A stretch of 32,309 nt of DNA, from positions 1-32,309 of IMG/VR virus record IMGVR_UViG_3300024284_000079; one strand, 5' to 3'. The notes under the pieces are model-generated. The model did not search any database, had not been told where the DNA came from, and saw nothing but the letters and a program-made list of their open reading frames with translations. The translations under genes and the position numbers were made by a program. This DNA is from a virus (lineage: Duplodnaviria; Caudoviricetes). Below, piece by piece: positions 26,582 to 32,309 of the stretch (positions are counted from its first letter, which is position 1; each line of letters begins with the position of its first letter).

Positions 26582-27064
26582 TTACAGGTTGATCTCGACG
26601 ACAGCGACGCCGCCGGCAGCTGCGCCGACGAGGACGGTTAGGTAGGGCGCGGCAACGGCGTTGCCTGCATCGGCATCGTTGCGGAGCGCTCCATACATGG
26701 TGCCGGCGCCGACGAGGCCGAACCGCACGAAGGGCACTGTGTGAGACACGAGTGCGGTTTCAGCGACCACGTACACACGCCCCTTGCGCACGACGGGCAG
26801 CGATGAGCCTACGCGGTAGGGCGGCTCGGGATAGCTGGGATCCCACATGACGAAACCCGCCACGCCGACGAGGGTGGTGACTTCGGTGGTGAGTACAGGT
26901 GCCCGCACAGACTTCGCATCGCGGCCGGCCGCGGTGTCATAGACGGCGATTGTGCCAACGTTGATGACGGCGCCGCTCGCGAGGCCGCTGACGATGCCGT
27001 GCGGATAGGCCTCGGCGAGGGCGCCGTGAATGCCGAGCGGCTGATCTCCGTAAGTGAGCTGCAT
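26582..27064 (-). CDS. Head decoration/cement protein
   Basis: YRVGSSLPVVRKGRVYVVAE...VVEINL. Between scaffold and capsid. Confidence 0.8.
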   Translation of the reverse strand: MQLTYGDQPLGIHGALAEAYPHGIVSGLASGAVINVGTIAVYDTAAGRDAKSVRAPVLTTEVTTLVGVAGFVMWDPSYPEPPYRVGSSLPVVRKGRVYVVAETALVSHTVPFVRFGLVGAGTMYGALRNDADAGNAVAAPYLTVLVGAAAGGVAVVEINL

Positions 27065-27117
27065 AGAGTTGGGTCTTTCCTTGCGTGTGCGTGTGAGGTC
27101 TCGCGAGCGTGTGGGTG

Positions 27118-28392
27118 TCAGCGTTCGGCGCGGTTAGCCGCGAGCGGTGAGCGCCATGGTTCGGGCTCGGGCTTGGGCGCAACAGTCAGCGCCGCATACT
27201 TGCCGGCGAGGATGCCCTCGACGTCGGTGCTCTGGTCGAGGCGGGCCTCGTCGAGGCGGCGCTGCCGCTGGTCGTCGAGTGAGCGAGGCTCGCGGGTCGT
27301 GCGGTCCTTGCGGTCGTTGCGGTCGTTGCGGTCGTTGCGGTCGTCGCTGCGCCGTGGGGCCTTGCGCTTGCCGCCGGCCTCGAGCTCGCGGTCGAAATAG
27401 GCCTGCACATACTCGTCGCTGCGGCCGTCGAACGAGGTGTCAACGCGCAGCTCCTTGAGCGCCATGAGCTGAATGTCGCGAGGGCTCTTGCCGCCGAGCT
27501 CGGCGTCTTCGGGCAGCACGTCGCGCACACGCGTGAGCAGGTCGAGCCGCTCTTGCAGCGCAGCGTCGAAGCGTTTCGGGTCAGCCGCAGCCGTGAGCTG
27601 CGTCTTGGTCTGGTCGAGCTCGCCCTGCAGCGCGTCGAGGCGCTTCTGCAGCTCGAGGACCTTGGCCGAGGCTGTCGTCGCCTCGAGCGTGCGGGCCTCG
27701 AGCGTGCGGGTGATGAGCTGCGATGCCGTGGGCGTGACTTGCGCCTCGATGCCGTCGAGGCGGATGGTGACTAGATCCATAGTGCGCGGTCCTTTGTTCG
27801 GTGGTGTGCTGTCGGCGAGCACGACAGCGGCGTCGCCCTCGAGACGAAAGTCGTCAGGCGCTGATCCGTCGAGGCGCAGCGCAACCTCGGCGCCAGCGCG
27901 CCCCCAACCTCGAGGGCCGAGGCCGACGTGGTTGTAAACAATGCCGGTTTGTTCGGCGTCGTAGTGCTCGCCCTCGAAGACGCCGGCGCCCTCGATGAGC
28001 GTGCACGTGTAGCCGCAGCTCACCTCGGCGCGGTCTTTCTTTTCGACAGCCTCGATGAGCTTGCCGTCGGTGATGAGCAGCTGCGCCTCGACGTACTTTT
28101 GGCCGTCCGCTCGAGCGCCGCCGGATACATGTCCGAGCGAGAGCGCTCGAGCGTTCTGCGGGGTGACCATTCCGCGAGGGTGCAAGTCGGTGACGGGCGC
28201 ATCGGCGAGCGTGGCGAGCGACTCGGCGGCGAACACTTGCGCCGGCCTCCGCAGCTCGCGCACGACGCTGCCGTCGGCTCGGCGGTAGGTCAGCACGCCG
28301 GTGCGTGTCACGCGCGCAGGGGCTCTAAGGAAGCCTTGCGGGGTGCGGGTGACGGTTCCGAGCGGGGCTGCGTCGTAGCGGGTGACTGGCAC
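27118..28392 (-). CDS. DUF2213 prohead protease/scaffold protein
   Basis: TPQGFLR..A.VTRTGVLTY, PVTDLHP, EVSCGYTC, YNHVGL..RG.GRAG..VALRLD, coiled-coil C-terminal half. Confidence 0.92.
   Translation of the reverse strand: MPVTRYDAAPLGTVTRTPQGFLRAPARVTRTGVLTYRRADGSVVRELRRPAQVFAAESLATLADAPVTDLHPRGMVTPQNARALSLGHVSGGARADGQKYVEAQLLITDGKLIEAVEKKDRAEVSCGYTCTLIEGAGVFEGEHYDAEQTGIVYNHVGLGPRGWGRAGAEVALRLDGSAPDDFRLEGDAAVVLADSTPPNKGPRTMDLVTIRLDGIEAQVTPTASQLITRTLEARTLEATTASAKVLELQKRLDALQGELDQTKTQLTAAADPKRFDAALQERLDLLTRVRDVLPEDAELGGKSPRDIQLMALKELRVDTSFDGRSDEYVQAYFDRELEAGGKRKAPRRSDDRNDRNDRNDRKDRTTREPRSLDDQRQRRLDEARLDQSTDVEGILAGKYAALTVAPKPEPEPWRSPLAANRAER
27301..27345. repeat. 9-bp coding tandem repeat (DDRNDRNDRNDRKDR)
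   Basis: GCGGTCGTT, three perfect plus two variant copies. Confidence 0.85.
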
Positions 28393-28397
28393 GCGTC

Positions 28398-28428
28398 AGC
28401 GTAGCGGCACGTAGGCTCGAGCTGTCAA
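28398..28428 (-). promoter_or_regulatory. Putative promoter of the capsid-tail operon
   Basis: Consensus TTGACA (28423-28428), 19-nt spacer, TACGCT (28398-28403), then GTG 5 nt later. The spacer is long. Confidence 0.5.
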
Positions 28429-28469
28429 GAGCTCGAGCAAACGAGGGCACGAGGGCACAAGAGCACACG
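28418..28469. repeat. 8-bp-phased box array over the late promoter
   Basis: CGAG, CAAG, CGAG, CGAG, CGAG, CAAG, CACG at 28418+8n. Contains CGAGGGCACAAGAGCAC, shared with the 2.2 kb and 17.0 kb arrays. Confidence 0.8.
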
Positions 28470-28644
28470 AGCCGCTCGAGCGCCTACTCGCGCGGTGGCG
28501 AAAGGGGAACCGTAGCCATTGCAGGCTATACGCGAAACGCTGCGGCGAGCGTCGGCGGGGCGGGCTGTGCGCCGAGGTCCCGCGGTACAGCTCGAGCCGA
28601 CGCCGAGCTCGCCGAGCGAGCGCGGACGATAGTCAGCCGCCGGC

Positions 28645-28728
28645 CTCGGTGTCCAGGTCGCTCGGGCCTAAGTGCTCGAGACGGATCACGTTCTCGGGGC
28701 CTAGGGCACGCGTGCCCTCGAGCTCGAG
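28645..28728. repeat. Degenerate 8-bp-phased box array
   Basis: 9 of 11 positions at 28645+8n are CnnG. Confidence 0.55.
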
Positions 28729-28855
28729 GCCGTTTGTGTCTCGCGTTGCATCGGCGCATGGTTTGCCGAGCTCGACGCTCGTGCGTTGACGGACAACGAT
28801 GCTCGGCGCTATAGCGACACGACGCTATGCTCGAAGCTAGCGCGGAGGTTGTGTC

Positions 28856-29251
28856 ATGGTCGACAGCTGGATTGTGAGTGAGGCCGGCCGCGAGGTGACG
28901 GTCGTTGAATCGGGCAGCGCCGAGCTCGCCCTCGCCGAGGCGCTCGCACGGCTCGAGGTGTCAGCGGCGTCGATGTCGCGCAGCACGCAATGGGTCGAGG
29001 TCGCGGTGCGCAGCGAGTCGACGGGCGAGGTGGGCGTCGCATGGGTCGAGGTGCCGCCGGTCGAGCCGCTGTGCGTGGCGCTGCTCGAGCACGTATGGCG
29101 CGAGGCGTCGGTGCAGCGTGACGTCGATGGCGAGCGGCTCGAGCGCTGCAGCCACTGCGGACAGTGGCGCCATCAGACAGCCGTGCGGCTCGCGGCGAAT
29201 GGCGAGCGTTACAGCTCGCTGACGTACTTGCCTCGAACCGGGTGGCTGTAG
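28856..29251 (+). CDS. Moron-like hypothetical protein with putative Zn ribbon
   Basis: GGAGG SD and TTGACG upstream. PLC...EHVW...RCSHCG. Opposite strand to the flanking head genes. Confidence 0.7.
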   Translation: MVDSWIVSEAGREVTVVESGSAELALAEALARLEVSAASMSRSTQWVEVAVRSESTGEVGVAWVEVPPVEPLCVALLEHVWREASVQRDVDGERLERCSHCGQWRHQTAVRLAANGERYSSLTYLPRTGWL

Positions 29252-29253
29252 GC

Positions 29254-29517
29254 CTACTTGATGAGCTCGGGATCGCGCGGCACGGGTTGCCGCAGGCCGG
29301 CGAAGTGTCGCCGGCGCAGCGCCTCGAGCTCGGGCTCGAGCTGCTCGAGCTCGGCGTCGGTGAGGTCGGAGCCGTTGATCCATCGGTACACGTTCGCGGC
29401 TGTAAAGTCGCCTTGCGCTGGGTCGTCGAGGTAGGCCTGCGCGAGGTGCAGGATGGCCTGATAGCTCAGCGGGTAGGGCAGCGAGGCCTCGAGCTGTTGC
29501 GCGGATGTCTGCGTCAT
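29254..29517 (-). CDS. Small protein coupled to MuF, candidate immunity protein
   Basis: ATG 29517 overlaps the MuF TGA (ATGA). 87 aa, helical. Function inferred from position. Confidence 0.6.
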   Translation of the reverse strand: MTQTSAQQLEASLPYPLSYQAILHLAQAYLDDPAQGDFTAANVYRWINGSDLTDAELEQLEPELEALRRRHFAGLRQPVPRDPELIK

Positions 29518-32219
29518 GGTGCCGGCGGTGTTCGGGGTTGGGTGATGGCAGCCTCCCATGCTTTGATCGCGGTGTTCGGGCTTTTGAACCGCAGGTCGAG
29601 GGCGGCACGCTGCGCGTCGTCGAGCTCGGGCACGAACTCGACGAGCATGTCGAGCTGCGTCTTGTAGCCGGCGACGGTGGCGCTCGAGCTCTTGAGCGCG
29701 TACGCAGCAGCGCGCACAGCGTCGGTGGTTTGCTCGGCGTTCCAGCCTGTCACGTCGCGCACGTGGTGCATGAAGGTCGCGATGTAGCGGTCATACGCAC
29801 GCCGGCCTCGAGCCTGAAAGGTGCGGTCATTCGCGCGCGGCAGCGCGAGCGGATGGTCGGCGGCAAGCGTTGCGTGGTCGAGGCCGACGATGGTGGCTGT
29901 GGTGTCGCGCGCGACGAGCTCGGTGGCGAGCTCCTCGGCGAACGTGTCGACGGTCTCGTTGGCGAGGTAGTGCTGAAAGCTGACGTCAGCGCCGAATCCG
30001 TGCAGCTGCTCGTGCACGACGGTCTCGATGGCGTCGATGTGTTTGAGCTCGAGCTCTTTGCCGGCGCCGAGGCGCTTGAGCGCTTGCTGCGCCGTTCGCG
30101 CAACGGTGTTCTTGATGCGCATGAGGCCGGTCTGAATGGTGCGCGAGCCATGTATGCCGGGCTTGCCGAGCGTCGAAGCGGTGCGGATGGTCTCGCCGAG
30201 GACTTGATCGGGGCGTGGGTTGACGCCGAGCTTGATGAGCGCCTCTTGCAGCGCCGGCCGGATGACGGGGGTGGGGTCGGGGCGGCGCGGTGTGTACGGC
30301 TGTCCAGGGCGCGACTTGACGGTCGCGTCGAGCTCGTGGGCGCCGCTGGCCAGCTGCTTGCCGAGCGCCTTACGTTCGGCGTCGGCCAATGGGGGCGGCG
30401 TGAACGGCCGCGGAATGCGCACGGTGAGCTCGATGGCGGTGCCGCTCGAAGGCGGCGCCGAGGTCGACGTGATGGCGTAGGGCGCCGAGCTCGGCGGCGG
30501 AGGGGTGATCGCGGGCGGAGGCGCCGGCGGAGGCGGCGGCGGGGCAGGAGGCGCTACGGGCGGCCTTGGCGGCGGCGGAGGCGGCGGGGGCGGCTGTGGC
30601 GGGGCTGGCGCCGGCGGAGGGGTGATCGCGGGCGTTGGGGTCGGAGGCTTGGGCGGCGTCGTTGCGCCGGTGGGCCATTCCGCACGCACAGGGCGAGGCG
30701 TCGGCGGTCGCAAGCCGGGTAGCGACAGCTGTCCCGTCGCGCTGCCGGGCAGCGGCGGTGCGGTCTCGAGCGGCGAGCCGGCCGGCGGGCGGATGGTGGC
30801 GAGGTCGACGATCGGGATCGCGTTGCAGCGGCATGCAAAGTAGTTCGTGTCGAAGCCGGGATGCGCCGTCTTGCCGGTCTTGGGGTTCACGACGGGCGGG
30901 CTATCCCATGCCTGCACGCTGCCCTCGAGGGCGCGGTGTCCAGGCCTGACCTTGAGGTCGCCGGCGGTGCGCCATCTGTAGTGTGTGATGCCGAGCGAGG
31001 TCTGACGGATCTCGGTGAACTTCGCATGCAGCCGGCCGACGGCATCGTTGGCGATGATGGTGGCTTGGTTGGCCGACACGCTGCTCGTGTCGCTGATTAT
31101 CTTCGCGGCGAGCTCTTTAGGCCGCAGGCCTTTCTCGAGGCCTACGCGCACGCTGGTCTGCACCTGCGCGTAGGCCTCGTCGGTCATAGTGCCTACACGT
31201 TTCGTTTGTGAGCGAACGAAGTGATCGAGCTGCTTGGCGATGCCGCTGTTGGCGTCGAACGGGTTGATTGTGCCGACGACGGGGGCGCCGGGGTCGCGCG
31301 GTTTGCGCGGTTTGCGCTCGCTCTTGGCGTCCATGCGGCCGGCTTGCTCGAGCGGCCGGCCGAACGCTCGAGCGAGCTGCTCGTCGAGGTTGAGGCGGGT
31401 CTGCGCTGCAACGCGTAGGCCTGCACGCTGAGCGTAGGGCGTGACGTCGAAGCGGAGGGCGGCACGAGCTCGAGCGACGAGGCGGGCGACGGTTGGGTCG
31501 GCGGCGTCGGCGCGAGGCTCGAGCGCGTGCGGACCTAAGACGCCGGCGACGTCGGGCGAGATGGTGGCGATGTCCGACACGACAACACGCACACCTCGCC
31601 GCTCGAGCTCGCGCAGCAGCGGGTCGAGCACGCTGTCGTGCCCTCGCTGCATGGCAGCTTGGCCGGGCGTGAGCTCGCGCATGGTCTGGCGCAGCACGAG
31701 CAGCAGCTCGAGCGGCCGGTCGAGCGACATGGCGAGCGCCTTACGCAGCGCCCTCGCGATGGCCACGCCCTCGAAGATGCCCGCACGAGCAGCGAGCATG
31801 CCCTCGGCGACGTGTGCGCTGGCCTCGCTCCAGCCGAGGTGCATGACGTCGTCGGTGTGCGTGATGCCGAGGCCGTGCCGAGCGGCGAGCGCAGCGGCGA
31901 GCGTGCTCTTGCCTGCGCGCGGTCCGCCGGTGATGCCGATGCGCAGCTGCGCCGGGTCGCTGTAGCTGTCGGCTCGAGCGCTCGAGGCGAGCCGCTCGAC
32001 GTGGGGCACGAGCTCGTCGAGCAGGGTGCGGCGGATGCGCCGGCCGAGCTCCATGAGGCCGCTGTGATAGCCGTGCAGGGCGACGCTCGAGAACTCGGGC
32101 GGCGTCGCGTCGAGGGGCGCTGCGTCGCGGCGGTCGCCTCGAGCTCGAGCGAGCGCGACAGCATGGCGGCAGCTCATGCGCAGGGCGAGGCGCCGGCGAG
32201 CGGTGTGCGCGTGCGTCAT
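29514..32219 (-). CDS. Extended MuF/SPP1 gp7-like minor head protein with P-loop insert and C-terminal HExxH domain
   Basis: MuF core IIANDAVG...GITHYRWRTAGDLKVRPGH..LEG....WDSPP...HPG...CRC. GGPRAGKST at aa 98-106. HEQLH at 30000-30014. Confidence 0.88.
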   Translation of the reverse strand: MTHAHTARRRLALRMSCRHAVALARARGDRRDAAPLDATPPEFSSVALHGYHSGLMELGRRIRRTLLDELVPHVERLASSARADSYSDPAQLRIGITGGPRAGKSTLAAALAARHGLGITHTDDVMHLGWSEASAHVAEGMLAARAGIFEGVAIARALRKALAMSLDRPLELLLVLRQTMRELTPGQAAMQRGHDSVLDPLLRELERRGVRVVVSDIATISPDVAGVLGPHALEPRADAADPTVARLVARARAALRFDVTPYAQRAGLRVAAQTRLNLDEQLARAFGRPLEQAGRMDAKSERKPRKPRDPGAPVVGTINPFDANSGIAKQLDHFVRSQTKRVGTMTDEAYAQVQTSVRVGLEKGLRPKELAAKIISDTSSVSANQATIIANDAVGRLHAKFTEIRQTSLGITHYRWRTAGDLKVRPGHRALEGSVQAWDSPPVVNPKTGKTAHPGFDTNYFACRCNAIPIVDLATIRPPAGSPLETAPPLPGSATGQLSLPGLRPPTPRPVRAEWPTGATTPPKPPTPTPAITPPPAPAPPQPPPPPPPPPRPPVAPPAPPPPPPAPPPAITPPPPSSAPYAITSTSAPPSSGTAIELTVRIPRPFTPPPLADAERKALGKQLASGAHELDATVKSRPGQPYTPRRPDPTPVIRPALQEALIKLGVNPRPDQVLGETIRTASTLGKPGIHGSRTIQTGLMRIKNTVARTAQQALKRLGAGKELELKHIDAIETVVHEQLHGFGADVSFQHYLANETVDTFAEELATELVARDTTATIVGLDHATLAADHPLALPRANDRTFQARGRRAYDRYIATFMHHVRDVTGWNAEQTTDAVRAAAYALKSSSATVAGYKTQLDMLVEFVPELDDAQRAALDLRFKSPNTAIKAWEAAITQPRTPPAP

Positions 32220-32308
32220 TCGGTGGCGTCAGGCGGCGGCGGGTCTTGTGGGGGCGTCGGCGGTGGCTGCGGCGGCTGCAGCTGCGGAGGCGTGGGCGGC
32301 AGCGGCGG
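32216..32308 (-). CDS. 3' end of upstream gene, probably portal (partial)
   Basis: Pro-rich frame ...PPQDPPPPDATE* whose TGA overlaps the MuF ATG. Identity is from synteny only. Confidence 0.45.
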   Translation of the reverse strand, partial: PPLPPTPPQLQPPQPPPTPPQDPPPPDATE

Positions 32309-32309
32309 C

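Noticed and set aside
27080-27111. Possible further phased box array before the decoration gene
   Set aside because: Only three of four in-phase positions match, which is within background.
8125-28392. Tailocin, eCIS or T6SS
   Set aside because: Capsid, scaffold/protease, decoration and MuF genes are present, so this is a genuine phage morphogenesis module.
2173-28728. CRISPR array or replication iterons as the explanation for the repeated 17-23 bp core
   Set aside because: Copies are dispersed kilobases apart with no repeat-spacer structure, and no cas or rep gene is visible.
8628-31965. Numerous long plus-strand and alternate-frame ORFs over the structural genes
   Set aside because: These are shadow ORFs typical of high-GC DNA, Arg/Ala/Ser-rich or antisense mirrors with no motifs. 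The 28856-29251 ORF is the exception.

Overview
A GC-rich (roughly 70%, by eye) myovirus-type phage segment, probably from a Myxococcota-like host (inferred from composition only). From 32.3 kb down to 8.1 kb the minus strand carries a nearly complete virion operon: the end of a probable portal, an extended MuF head protein, DUF2213 protease/scaffold, decoration protein, DUF2184-type capsid, adaptor/neck proteins, contractile sheath and tube, a frameshifted chaperone, tape measure, baseplate, a 1748-aa fibre and a BppU-like protein. The region 0.1-8.1 kb is accessory and holds parDE, a type Ib parA with a double ribbon-helix-helix (RHH) partner, an XRE regulator and many small orphans. No integrase, terminase, replication or lysis gene is visible, so a phage-plasmid lifestyle is plausible but unproven. 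Three signals stand out. (1) At least nine intergenic arrays of 4-bp CnnG boxes in exact 8-bp phase, which flank the par operon and overlap the capsid promoter. (2) A MuF protein carrying an RAD-bracketed P-loop kinase insert and a C-terminal HExxH domain, followed by a coupled candidate immunity gene. (3) A fibre with 15 DHxH repeats. All family assignments come from motif recognition and synteny, not database searches.
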